A DNA stretch of 62,785 bases, the filler included, from Octopus bimaculoides (lineage: Eukaryota), in NCBI RefSeq assembly GCF_001194135.2. It is 3 parts of 3 records of this genome, joined end to end, with 100 filler letters (N's around TTAATTAATTAA, not from the genome) between each part and the next. Parts side by side here need not be neighbours in the genome. Positions count along the whole stretch, not along the records: positions 42,333 to 62,785 come from NC_068981.1; 2 more parts are not named here. The stretch is one strand, 5' to 3'. The stretch's first letter is position 1, and every line of letters starts with the position of its first letter. Below, piece by piece: positions 49,793 to 62,785 of the stretch. Both the position numbers and the translations under genes were made by a program. The notes beneath the pieces are model-generated. The model searched no databases. It saw only the letters and a program-made list of their open reading frames with translations, and was not told the DNA's origin.

Positions 49793-50521
49793 CTTTGAAA
49801 TACATACATACATACATGCATGCATGCATACACGCACACATACATACATACATGCATGCATGCATACATGCATACATACATAATACACACATACATACAC
49901 ACATACATACTTACTTACATGAGTGTGCGCATGTGCGCGCGTGAGTAAGTAAGTAAGTACATATAATTTATTACAAGCTGAATTATCACAACTCGTTACT
50001 CCGAATAGCTCATCCTCGACTTGCGCAAAGATAGGAATAATGTTACATGAAATTTACTATATAAAGATTATGCAGTAATAATGCTTGAATATCAAAACAA
50101 AGCCGGAAAACATAAAAATATTTCGGTGTCTGATGTTAGTGTTCATTATACTATACATACAAACATATTTAGCTTACGCTCTTAATATAGCAGATTTCTT
50201 TCTGTATTTTCCATAGTCTTCTGAGTTTCAGCAACGTAAAAAATAAAGCATAGAATATGTGAAATTCTGGATGACAATAAGTTTGTACCATACATACATA
50301 TATACATACATACATACATACATACAAACATATATATATAGATATAATATACATCTATCTATCTTCTGATGTGTTTGTATATACATATATATATATATAT
50401 GCGTACAAGCACAGACACACGCACATACACACATACATATACATGTATAAACACACAGAAACATACACATATATACGTATACATACATATATATACATAT
50501 ATATAAACACACACATATATG

Positions 50522-50574
<53 letters not shown>

Positions 50575-51550
50575 NNNNNNNNNNNNNNNNNNNNNNNNNN
50601 NNNNNNNNNNNNNNNNNNNNNNNNNNNNNNNNNNNNNNNNNNNNNNNNNNNNNNNNNNNNNNNNNNNNNNNNNNNNNNNNNNNNNNNNNNNNNNNNNNNN
50701 NNNNNNNNNNNNNNNNNNNNNNNNNNNNNNNNNNNNNNNNNNNNNNNNNNNNNNNNNNNNNNNNNNNNNNNNNNNNNNNNNNNNNNNNNNNNNNNNNNNN
50801 NNNNNNNNNNNNNNNNNNNNNNNNNNNNNNNNNNNNNNNNNNNNNNNNNNNNNNNNNNNNNNNNNNNNNNNNNNNNNNNNNNNNNNNNNNNNNNNNNNNN
50901 NNNNNNNNNNNNNNNNNNNNNNNNNNNNNNNNNNNNNNNNNNNNNNNNNNNNNNNNNNNNNNNNNNNNNNNNNNNNNNNNNNNNNNNNNNNNNNNNNNNN
51001 NNNNNNNNNNNNNNNNNNNNNNNNNNNNNNNNNNNNNNNNNNNNNNNNNNNNNNNNNNNNNNNNNNNNNNNNNNNNNNNNNNNNNNNNNNNNNNNNNNNN
51101 NNNNNNNNNNNNNNNNNNNNNNNNNNNNNNNNNNNNNNNNNNNNNNNNNNNNNNNNNNNNNNNNNNNNNNNNNNNNNNNNNNNNNNNNNNNNNNNNNNNN
51201 NNNNNNNNNNNNNNNNNNNNNNNNNNNNNNNNNNNNNNNNNNNNNNNNNNNNNNNNNNNNNNNNNNNNNNNNNNNNNNNNNNNNNNNNNNNNNNNNNNNN
51301 NNNNNNNNNNNNNNNNNNNNNNNNNNNNNNNNNNNNNNNNNNNNNNNNNNNNNNNNNNNNNNNNNNNNNNNNNNNNNNNNNNNNNNNNNNNNNNNNNNNN
51401 NNNNNNNNNNNNNNNNNNNNNNNNNNNNNNNNNNNNNNNNNNNNNNNNNNNNNNNNNNNNNNNNNNNNNNNNNNNNNNNNNNNNNNNNNNNNNNNNNNNN
51501 NNNNNNNNNNNNNNNNNNNNNNNNNNNNNNNNNNNNNNNNNNNNNNNNNN

Positions 51551-51591
<41 letters not shown>

Positions 51592-51596
51592 ATATA

Positions 51597-52079
51597 ATCC
51601 AAGAAAGTTAGGGGTTGAGGATTCAACCCACTTAGGAGTTGAGAATTCAAACCACTATATCTATCCAATATACTCCTGGGAGGGTACCCAATTATTGTTA
51701 CACTTGTGTTATACCGAGTGCAATAAGTGGGTGCGGGTAAAAGGGGGTTGCTTTACCCTAAATTTATATAGCAATGAGAAAATGGAGGAGAATATGCGGT
51801 ACCTATCGACTTGCAGACACTATATTCCGTTGATTAATCTGTTTATTTTATAACTAAATTGACAAAAACACACAATATACAGACACTTATGACATACCAT
51901 GTCATATTAAGAATTAAGATTTCAAATATAAAGGACATTTAGCAATTGGAGAAGGGACAGAAACTTACAGCTGTTTCGGCCTAGCTTTGGCATGCCCCAT
52001 TCTATCTCCATAGCTCCTGTACGCCGGAATAATTTTCATCTACTAATTATTCCGGCGTACAGGAGCTATAGAGATCCTT
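51597..52079 (-). mobile_element. Unclassified element between microsatellites, with a hammerhead 3' half (Penelope-like terminal repeat?) and a terminal 31-bp hairpin
   Basis: The minus strand reads gcc aaagcta ggcc GAAA CAGCTGT A agtttc (palindromic ACAGCTGT at 51967-51974). There is a 24-bp tandem duplication at 51608-51655. Confidence 0.4.
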
Positions 52080-53384
52080 TATATATATATATATTTATGT
52101 GTGTGTGTGTGTGTGTGTGTGTGTATTTATAAGTACATATATGCATATTAACACACACATATATATGTATATATTTAAAAATCTATATATGCATGTTAAT
52201 ATATATATATATATATATACACATACATACATACATATATACATACATATACATATATATATAGNNNNNNNNNNNNNNNNNNNNNNNNNNNNNNNNNNNN
52301 NNNNNNNNNNNNNNNNNNNNNNNNNNNNNNNNNNNNNNNNNNNNNNNNNNNNNNNNNNNNNNNNNNNNNNNNNNNNNNNNNNNNNNNNNNNNNNNNNNNN
52401 NNNNNNNNNNNNNNNNNNNNNNNNNNNNNNNNNNNNNNNNNNNNNNNNNNNNNNNNNNNNNNNNNNNNNNNNNNNNNNNNNNNNNNNNNNNNNNNNNNNN
52501 NNNNNNNNNNNNNNNNNNNNNNNNNNNNNNNNNNNNNNNNNNNNNNNNNNNNNNNNNNNNNNNNNNNNNNNNNNNNNNNNNNNNNNNNNNNNNNNNNNNN
52601 NNNNNNNNNNNNNNNNNNNNNNNNNNNNNNNNNNNNNNNNNNNNNNNNNNNNNNNNNNNNNNNNNNNNNNNNNNNNNNNNNNNNNNNNNNNNNNNNNNNN
52701 NNNNNNNNNNNNNNNNNNNNNNNNNNNNNNNNNNNNNNNNNNNNNNNNNNNNNNNNNNNNNNNNNNNNNNNNNNNNNNNNNNNNNNNNNNNNNNNNNNNN
52801 NNNNNNNNNNNNNNNNNNNNNNNNNNNNNNNNNNNNNNNNNNNNNNNNNNNNNNNNNNNNNNNNNNNNNNNNNNNNNNNNNNNNNNNNNNNNNNNNNNNN
52901 NNNNNNNNNNNNNNNNNNNNNNNNNNNNTGTGTGTGTGTGTGTGTGTGTGTGTCTGTGCGTGTCTGTTTGCGCGCGAACGTGAGTAGTTAGTGTTCGTGT
53001 GAGGGTGAATTTGTGCATGACTGTTTATATGTGTTTGTGCATGTGCCTGCTATCTGAGTGAATAAATGCGTGTGTGCATGTGCATCTGTTTGTGCTTGTC
53101 TTTTCGGTAGTATGTGTGTGTGTGTCTGGCTGATTTGTATATGTTGTGGTTGTTAGATACGATAAGACGGTGTGTGTACGTGTGCCTGTGTATCGGTATA
53201 AATATAATTGTATATGCATCTGTGAGTGCGTTTGTGTGTGTGTGTGTGTGTGTTGGGGTGGTGTATGTTAGATGTGATGACGTGGGATAATGTTTGTGCA
53301 AAGATAAGTCTGCATACTTGCCTTTCTATGTATGTACGTGAATATGAGGAGTAGAGGGGCGTCTGGCTGTGTATGTGTATGAAT

Positions 53385-53434
<50 letters not shown>

Positions 53435-53824
53435 TATGTCCGTATGTGCATCGCTGGTTATATATGTGTATGTGAATGAATGTATTTCTGTGTTTATGTG
53501 TGAGTGTATGTGTGTATATATTTAATATAGATATATATATGCATACTTACATGTATTGTGTATACATATCTATACATATACACACACGTATGTATGTGTG
53601 TGTGTATGTGTATGTATGTATCAATAGCTGACCCTGTGCGTGTATCAGCGCATGTGTTTCTGTGTGTCAGTGTCTGCGTTTGTGTGTGTGTGTGTGTGTG
53701 TGATGTGACGGAAGCAGGCACGGAAGAGGTTTGGTCAATATTTCATTATCTAATGGAGTCTGATATGAAGACAAGTGGTCATTTCATGTTTCATGGCTTC
53801 TATGATGGCAATTATAAGCCAGAC

Positions 53825-53921
<97 letters not shown>

Positions 53922-54371
53922 TACACACAAGCAGACGGAGACACACGCACACGTAAAGACTCACAATGCATACATGCAATTACATATTATATATGTATGT
54001 GTGTGTGGGAGGGAAGTGTTTGTGTGAATAGATATTTACATACATATATGTGCACTAACACCAAGACACGCACGCACACTCATTCACAAATACTCATATA
54101 TACAGCCATCGATGCATATACACAATATCACACACATGAACATATATACGCACAAATAAGTGCGAATAAAAACACATATATATGTACAGATGCACATAGG
54201 TTCTGTTTTCTGCCAAAACATATCTTTATTCACACATCGTCAATGTCAAAGTCTTATAGATATGAGCATATAAAATCAGACACGGTGCTCCAGTATGACC
54301 CTCGCCGATATGCTGAAGGCAAACTAAAATGCTGAAAACGTGTGTATATATATATATACACACACACTCAC

Positions 54372-54508
54372 TTTTTCTATATTTCTGATGAAGAGTTCCG
54401 CTCGAAACGTGAAATCCTCTTTCTTTTCGTTCTTTTCCTGGGTGCACTGCACTTACTGCACGTCCTCGCGTTGTTTCTTTTTTCTTGCTTGTTCATGCTT
54501 GGATTGAC
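54372..54508 (+). mobile_element. Short hammerhead-bearing element flanked by (TA)n
   Basis: attt-CTGATGAA-GAG ttccg CTC-GAAA-CGT-G-aaat at 54381-54415, with a T-rich 3' part ending ttggattgac|(ta)n. Confidence 0.6.
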
Positions 54509-54692
<184 letters not shown>

Positions 54693-55787
54693 GTCAATCC
54701 AATACACACATACACACACACACATACATATATAAACATAGATAGATATATTTACATGTATTTATATATATACATATATATATATGTATATATAGACATA
54801 TATATGTATATATGTATATATGTATATATGTTAATATATATATACATATATAGTGCATATGTATGTATACATACATGTGTATATATATACATGCATTTAT
54901 ATTTTGCATACTCAAACGCACACACGTATGTAGATACATATATAAATTTATTTGAGTCTCTCTTTATATAAATATGTGTATATTCATATAACATAAATTA
55001 TGTCAGCGTGTCTGTATGTATACGTATATGTGCATCTGTGTGTTTGCATATATGTATATATATGTGTGTATGCTTATGTACATGCATATGTATGTGTGTG
55101 TGTTTGTGTATATGTATGTGTGTGTGTTTGTGTATATGTATGTGCATATGCTTAACACATACATTTCTACGTATGCGTGTATGGTGACGGTTACATGCAT
55201 ACATAGAAAGAGACAATACAAAAATAAGGAACGCAAGAGGTTGCGAAGTGTGTGCATGCAGGAGGGAGTGAATTAAGAAGATAGATGGGTAGGTATGTGG
55301 ATAGTTAGGTGGGCATGGCTGTACGAGTGGATTCCCACCACACTCCCCGCATCCACACCCGTACACACACCGCGAGTAATTTGATTTTACGGGCCAGCAA
55401 GCACGTGTGTCGTTTTAGCCATCACAACATCCAATGGCGGGAGTAATATAAAATCACATTAAAAACAAAAAAAAAACAATATAACCAAAAGCAAATAGCA
55501 CTCTCTGAGCACACAGATACTTATACACACATACAATGAAACACACGCATATTCGGGTAATATATATATATATATACACAAAATGGCGCTTCTATCTGCG
55601 GTATAAGACAAACACATTCATCATCTCTGATGCCCGCACCGCTAGCACATTCTTTTCTATCCTCCTCCTCTTCCTCTCTACCATCCATCTTTTCTATCCA
55701 TTTCTACCCTTACATTCTTATTCTCTCATACATCCTCTTGTACATTTGCGTTTCCTTCTTGCTTTTGAGTTTTCTACTGTTCTTACA

Positions 55788-55835
<48 letters not shown>

Positions 55836-56045
55836 AACACAAACACACACACACATAAACATACACAAACATACACGCACATACACAAACACGCACGCAC
55901 GCACGCACATATACACACATACATGTGTGAGAGTGTGTTTGATCATATATGTATATGTTTATATATGCATATATACAGGTATGCTTGTACCCATGGATGG
56001 ATGGATGGATTGCTCTGCGTACACTGCTTTTTTTCTATATATATA

Positions 56046-56239
56046 TTTCGCCATTTTAGATCGGTAGCCACTACACATTCTTTATTTTTCTCCTTGTTTT
56101 TTTTTTTCTGCGCTCCTTTCTGTTGAAGATCGTAGGATCGAAACGTTAAAGAGTTTTTTCACTTCCCGAGCGTTATATTAATACATCTGTTTGTTGTCTA
56201 CACAACCTGTCTTCGTTATTTTTTTTTTTGTGAATTCTC

Positions 56240-56241
<2 letters not shown>
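56046..56241 (+). mobile_element. Short hammerhead-bearing element flanked by (TA)n
   Basis: cttt-CTGTTGAA-GATC gtag GATC-GAAA-CGT-T-aaag at 56116-56151. It ends gtgaattctccc|(at)n. Confidence 0.6.
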
Positions 56242-56300
<59 letters not shown>

Positions 56301-57566
56301 ATCTTTCGTTTTTTATTTATATCTTGTTTTAGTCATTGAAATGTGGCGATGCTGAGTTACCACCTTGAGTGTTTTAGACAAACAAATCAATCCTTGTACT
56401 TAATCTTTTTTTTTAATTAAGTATTAATTCTATGAAAGCATGCCTAGTTCTATAACTCTTCAGCTATTTCGCGGATTACGTTTGTCCTCTATTTGCAGTC
56501 TTTCTTGGTAGCATCCAAGAATTTTACATCTTTGAAATAAGTGGTCGTTGCTCAGATATAGCTAGTATCCATCATGATCACGTGTGTGAGTGAATATATT
56601 CCTATACTAATAAATATGAATTTTTGTGCGTGTGTCTGTATAGTTCCTTGGTTTATAGATAAGCGAGATAACTCCGAGAAAAACAGGATTGCCCTTTCGG
56701 CACAGGAAAAAAAAAAGAAACTATTTGCATACATATATCTAGGCTAATCTATACAAATAAATGCTAATTTCTGTACGCGTATCTACATGGTTTCTCGGAG
56801 TATAGACAATCCCCTAGCGTCTACTCCAACAAATACTACTTGTTTGAAATCTGGATAACACTGATAGTATTTCTAGTCCATTCTGATGCAAATTCTGACC
56901 AGTAAAATGCAAGATAAGAAGTATAAAAATGGAAGTGTAAATATGGAGAGCAAACAAGGCGTGTATTTCTTGTAAAAATATAATTAACCTATTTATGTTA
57001 TGACAAACTATAAGAATAAATAAGGTTCTTGGAGCTTCTTAAATTCTAAATATGCTTCGGCTGTAGAATACTCTTTATGGTTGTTTAGCATAAGATACCT
57101 CTGAGTAATAATTTTCTTACTAATCAACTGCATTCTCTCCAGAGGGAATCCATGGAACATGAGGTGATAACCAGTTTCCTCGTATACAATATAATGTCCA
57201 AGAAGAAGTCCTTCTGCTACATCATTTCTCTCAAATGGTTTTTTGAAAGTTAAATCAGAACACGCGAACGTTAAAAAAAAGTATATTCATTTTTTTTAAC
57301 GATGTTCATAAAGTTGTACATATTGATATGAATATTTTTACATAGCAATGAAAATTGAGGACGAATTACAAATTATTCTTCTTTCACTCGAATTGTGATG
57401 CTAAAATAATTGTTGTTATTGATGATGTTATTGTTGTTCTTGTTGTGCGACTCTCTTCAGACCGACCCATGGTATACAGGTAGTCGGTCTAACCACTGGA
57501 CGTGACAAGTAACTATTGTTTTGTTCTGTTCCAGATAGTATATACACATGTTTTAGTATATTGTGT

Positions 57567-57878
57567 GAAGGCCTGTGGGTGAGTGGTTACGGTATTCGGC
57601 TCACGATCGTAAGGTCGTGAGTTCAATACCTAGCAACACGTTGTGTCTTTGAGCAAGACACTTTATTTCATGCTGCTCCAGTCCACTCAGCTGGCCAAAA
57701 TGAGTAGTAGCAATACTTCAAACGGCCAGCCTTGTCACATTCTGTGTCACGTTGAATCTCCTTGAGTGTATGCGTGTCTGTGGAGTGCTCAGCCACTTGC
57801 ACATTAATTTCTCGAGCAGGCTGTTCCGTTGATCTAATCAACTTAAACGCTGGTCGTCGTAACCGACGGAGTGGCGTG
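57567..57878 (+). mobile_element. SINE family B2
   Basis: gtggttacggtattcggctcacgatcgtaaggtcgtgagttcaatacc...gtgtctttgagcaagacactt (CORE-like)...aaccgacggagtgg. Confidence 0.85.
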
Positions 57879-59399
57879 ACCATTCCCTCTTCTTTTCTAT
57901 TAAATTATATTCGGAACTACTTTCGTTCCAATTGATCTTGCTCCACCAGGTCTAATAATAATTGATTACTTTTCTGTCAAACACTATGTGTAAGTTATAG
58001 ACTTCCTGTGCAAAAATCCAAAGATGGGTTCCCGTTGTGTTTTTACAAGACACCGTCTGCTGTAGCCAATTCAGAGAGAAATAAAACAGAAAGAAAAAGA
58101 AAAAAAACAGAAAAAGAATCATCTATAGTATTTGTAATGTTTTCGATTATCGAAAGGAACTTGGCCTTGGTAGGATTTGATCACAGAAAGCTAAAACAAG
58201 CAAGCATAGCATTCAATACGGTGCTCCATCGATTCTACTAATTTGCCGCTTTAGGACTAATTTATCCAATATATATGAAATACTTTCTTCTTTTTATCCA
58301 AGGTAGTAAGGTAAAATTTGAAGGCGATTTTACCTGTTATATCTAACAGGCAGAGCGACCGTATAGATACTCAATCTCACTTTAACCGAAATGGCTTTCT
58401 GTGATAATAGAGATCGTAGCTAAAATGGTTCCTGGTGCGAGTATATTCAGCAAATGCATTGTTGCAATAAAACCAACGCCAGAAGGCTAACGGAAAGTCT
58501 GTCGAATGATATTGTTCTCATAAGTTTGGAAATCTGGCAGCAAATGCATCCCATATTTCACCATTTAACACCACCCATCGCTAACCCACCATTGTTTCAG
58601 CTACTGACACTATCATTCTATCGACATCGTGTCTATCTCCGACATCATCAGTTGACATTGATGCCTTCTTCACACATGCACTTACGCCCCCCCCCCCACA
58701 TCCAGTCGATGACTCAATCCTGTTTCTTCTCTATGTCAACATGAACAATCGGAAGTAATTTGTCATTAACAGGCAAGTATTTTCGAAATAGATTCAATTA
58801 TATTTCTTTTGTAATAACCGTTTTCTTAATTATAAGTGTAGTGGGGAAATCGTTATTCTTACGGATGGATGATTCCACCTCGATCCCTCTAAACAGTATC
58901 ATGCAAGTGCATCGTTACTACAAATAAAGATAAAAATAAATATAAGCATTTTTCTCGAAAACATCTTAAATATGGTAGCTTAAGAAGCCCATTGTTATTT
59001 CTACCAGCTCGAATAACCGCGATCAAGTTTATCCGTTGCTGTCGTTGTTTAGACGGAGGTCGGCTGTTCCCGAGTGATCACACCTCTTACCAAAAACACT
59101 CCATCCCTGACCTTTCGTCTTAATTCTGGAAACTACAATATACAATTTGTCCTCCCTTCTTTTTCTAAAAACAATTGTGTGTGGTTTTGAAGAAGGTTTG
59201 GCTACTATATTTAACAGGCCAAAAGACCATGTTGAATTTCTTTTATACATTGTTGTGGTTGATAAGTCTTAAGTGTGGCTTGACGGAACATACGTAAACG
59301 GCTCCTCAGCCATGGTTACGCTGTCCTTTTATTTTTTTACCAATAAGCATACTCCCGGTTACATATTGCAATATGTCTAATTTTAGTCTCAAGCCGACC

Positions 59400-59555
59400 A
59401 AAACGTAGCGGTTCGGCAAAAGAGATCAATAGAATAAATACTAGCCTGAAAATAAATTAAATCCTGGGGTCGATTCATTCGACTAAAGAAATTCTTCAAA
59501 GCGGTACCCCAGCATGGCCGCAGTCTAGTGACTGAAACAAGTGAAAGATAAAAGA
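59400..59555 (+). mobile_element. SINE family A tail half
   Basis: gcggttcggcaaaagagatcaatagaataa...cagcatggccgcagtc...actgaaacaagtgaaagataaaag. Confidence 0.8.
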
Positions 59556-59971
59556 TGAAGTCCTTTAGACATTGATGTCAAAGAGGCATGTCGATATAGA
59601 AATGGCTGGCTTAGGTCTACCAACATTCAAGATCTATACCTATCGGCTGTCATTATTCTGTCGGAAAGTACGAGGGTTGTTATAATCTAAGCTGAAAGTC
59701 GAAGAGGCTGGATGCATGATATCCATAATTTTGATATCAATAAATATGAAGATTAAATTCGAGAAAAATGTTTTATAATATTCACCGTTCTTGTAGATGT
59801 TTCTCAAGAATTTGTTTGCCTAAAGTTCTGTGAAGAAAGACTTGTAAAATATATTCTAACAACGCAAACAGGATGAAAATCCAGTAGAAAAGACAGCAAA
59901 GTTCACATTAAGGAGTTGAAATTTTTTAAAGGACGTCACGTTCAGTTTAACCTAACCAAAGACACCAAAGG

Positions 59972-60233
59972 TGTGTTGTTGTTTGTTGTTGTTTGTTCCT
60001 TCTCAAGCCATGCCTGGCTCATAAGGGCCGGTTTCCCGGTTTCATTGGCGTACAGGTTCCCCACCTGGACGGGACGCTGATCCGTCGCAGTGAGCTGCTA
60101 GATAAAGCTGTGGCAAAAGAGTCAGCAGAAGTTCGCCATTGCCTTCTGTCGGAGACGCGTGGAGCTTAGGTGTTCCACTCATAAATACACATACCGCCAG
60201 GTTTGCTCTAACCACTAGGCTATGTGCCTCCAC
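59972..60233 (-). mobile_element. SINE family D (B1-like head and middle, different tail), 9-bp TSD
   Basis: The minus strand reads gtggaggcacatagcctagtggttagagc...ctccacgcgtctccgacagaaggcaatggcgaacttctg...gaaaccgggaaaccggccc...(aac)n. TSD caccaaagg at 59963-59971 and 60234-60242. Confidence 0.8.
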
Positions 60234-60539
60234 CACCAAAGGCATAGAGGCAGATAATAGCCATAATTCCCTTTCTAACACAATGAAACAATTGTAAAAA
60301 GGGAGTTTTGCTCATTACTAGGTTCTTGTTGGTATGATCTGAGAAATAAAGAATGCGTAAAACTGTGCAACTGTTTAATAAAAGCACAAAATTGCAATAT
60401 GATTCTACTGTGGAATTGAAACCATATCGCTATCTATACTTGGTATGCATTTTCATCTGTAAAGCTTTGGCCATAACGATGATAATTATTGACGACATAG
60501 AAAAAAAAAGATGGGATAAAAATTCCTATTAATAAATGT

Positions 60540-60764
60540 GATGCCGATGGTAATAATGAAAAGGTTGGCTGACAATGATGTTTAGGAGGAAGAGAAAGAT
60601 GAGGAAGATGGGTAAGGTGAGAGTAGAAGAATATTACTACAGTTGCTGCTACTGCTGCTGCTGCTGATGATGATGGAAGGAGGAAGAGGTGGAAGGGGAT
60701 GCAGAGAGGGAAAAGGGTGTTAATAGTGATGATGACGATATTGATGATAACGATGATGATGATA

Positions 60765-60795
<31 letters not shown>

Positions 60796-62000
60796 CCATA
60801 ATAATGATGATTACTAAATCAAAAACAGTATAGAAATTAAAAGAAAAGGCAACAAAATTTGTTGCCAACTTCATCGGTGGAAGTAGTAACAAATAACATT
60901 ATCAACAACAGCAACAACAACAAAAACAACCCCCCACCCCACAAAAAAACAACAACTATAACAACAGTAACAACATCGTTATAGAGAATTCTTGGTCAGT
61001 GGAGTATGGAAAAAAATATAAATTCACAGCTAACATTCACACCCAGTGGATCACGTCGAGAAGTTAGCAGTTTGGTCCAATCGAAAGCCATTAAATTGTA
61101 TTTCATGTATGAGTGGACTGGACTGAGGTGAGTGGTGGTAAGGGCGATGGTGATGAATGGTGTTCGTATTGGTAGTGGCAGTGGTAGTGGCGGTGATGGT
61201 GGTAGTTGTGGTGGTTCTGGTGGTGATTACTGCTGGTGCTGGTATTTCTGAAGGTGGTAGTGGTGACGATGGCGGTGTATGGCAATCGTGATAGTAAATG
61301 TGGTCTTGATGGTAATAATGATGCTGTTGCTGGTGATATTGTTGGTGAATGCAGCAATCGTAGAGGCTGGTGGCAGTGGGGATGATATCGATAGCGATGG
61401 TGTTGGTAGCGATGTTGCTCGATGACGGTTGTGGTGATGGGGATGCTACTGGTGGTGATACTGATGGCAACGATGGCGGAAGTAAAGGTGGTGACGGCAG
61501 AGAAAATGAAAATGAAAGTGAAAGTGAAAATAGAAACAAATGGAGGTTGCGATGATGATGAAAATATTAGTGAAGACGGAGATAGAGATGATGGTCATGG
61601 TAGTAGACGGAGGTAGTGATGAGGTGGTTGGGGCAAGTCTTGATAATAGGGGTGATGATGATGATTGTGGTGGTAGTGAGGATGGGGACAGGATATCTGG
61701 TGGTGAAAGGAGGATGGATGGGTTTTAGTTATGGTACTGCTCATGATGTTTCGGATTCTTATGATGGTGATGATGATAGCGGTGGAAGGGGGGGGGGGCG
61801 ACGAATGTGAAAATAGTGGTGGTGGTGGTGGTAGCTGTGGTCGAGGCAACGGTTGAGAAAATTACTGCAGGGGAGACAATCACGACGACCACGACGACAG
61901 CAGTGATGCTGCTGCTAATGATGATGATGATGGTGTGTATTGCAGTGTTGGCGCTTATGACGTGGTTATTAGAGGGAGGTGGTGATGATAGGGATTGATG
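60540..62000. repeat. Degenerate trinucleotide low-complexity tract (GAT/GGT/AAC)
   Basis: Read directly from the sequence. It explains the many low-complexity ORFs here. Confidence 0.8.
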
Positions 62001-62409
62001 TCGNNNNNNNNNNNNNNNNNNNNNNNNNNNNNNNNNNNNNNNNNNNNNNNNNNNNNNNNNNNNNNNNNNNNNNNNNNNNNNNNNNNNNNNNNNNNNNNNN
62101 NNNNNNNNNNNNNNNNNNNNNNNNNNNNNNNNNNNNNNNNNNNNNNNNNNNNNNNNNNNNNNNNNNNNNNNNNNNNNNNNNNNNNNNNNNNNNNNNNNNN
62201 NNNNNNNNNNNNNNNNNNNNNNNNNNNNNNNNNNNNNNNNNNNNNNNNNNNNNNNNNNNNNNNNNNNNNNNNNNNNNNNNNNNNNNNNNNNNNNNNNNNN
62301 NNNNNNNNNNNNNNNNNNNNNNTGGAGATATTGCTGTTGTCGTTGACTGTGAGGTCACTGGGGGGGGGAGGTTTAGACTTGGAGAGAGCAAGGTTGCTGT
62401 ACTGGCAGT

Positions 62410-62724
62410 GATGATGATGATGATGAGGAGGAGGAGGAGGAAGAAGAAGAGGAAGAGGAAGAAGAAGAGGAAGAGGAAGAGGAGGAGGAAGAGGAAGAGG
62501 AGGAGGAAGAGGAAGAGGAGGACGAAGAGGAGGAGGAGGACGAAGAGGAGGAGGAAGAGGAAGAGGAGGAGGAAGAGGAAGAGGATGAAGAGGAAGAGGA
62601 AGAGGAGGATGAAGAGGAAGAGGAAGAGGAAGACGAAGAGGAAGAGGAAGAGGAAGACGAAGAGGAAGAGGAAGAGGAAGAGGAAGAGGAAGAGGAAAAG
62701 GAAGAGGAGGAGGAAGAGGAAGAG

Positions 62725-62756
<32 letters not shown>

Positions 62757-62785
62757 AGAGGAGGAGGAAGAGGAGGAGGAAGAGG
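62410..62785 (+). repeat. (GAT)5 then about 360 bp of (GAG/GAA)n purine tract running off the window end
   Basis: Read directly from the sequence. Confidence 0.95.

Noticed and set aside
59670-59830. tacgaggg start resembling a mariner TIR
   Set aside because: No matching second TIR or transposase similarity found.

Overview
This is AT-rich, repeat-dense animal genomic DNA with many N gaps. The SINE and LINE families look like those of a coleoid cephalopod (Octopus-like); this is an inference from family resemblance. I found no intact protein-coding gene, tRNA or rRNA gene, or CRISPR array. Almost all ORFs in the track are artefacts of microsatellites or N runs. Two synthetic 100-bp linkers (44N-TTAATTAATTAA-44N) split the window into three joined scaffolds: 1-31324, 31425-42232 and 42333-62785. 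Recognisable coding remnants are all retroelement fossils: R4/Dong-type (restriction-like endonuclease, RLE), CR1-group, RTE, Tx1/L1 and a Gypsy integrase. About 40 copies of several modular tRNA-derived SINE families are present (my labels A, B1, B2, C, D). The most interesting signals are: (1) at least five short microsatellite-associated elements carrying minimal type-I hammerhead-ribozyme motifs with a palindromic helix III, like Penelope elements or retrozymes; (2) a SINE tail that matches the 3' end of a Tx1-like LINE in the same window, with signs of targeted nesting; (3) several foldback or template-switch structures, namely a 740-bp foldback, 31-bp and 26-bp near-perfect hairpins, and a local inverted templated copy, all potential dsRNA and ADAR substrates.
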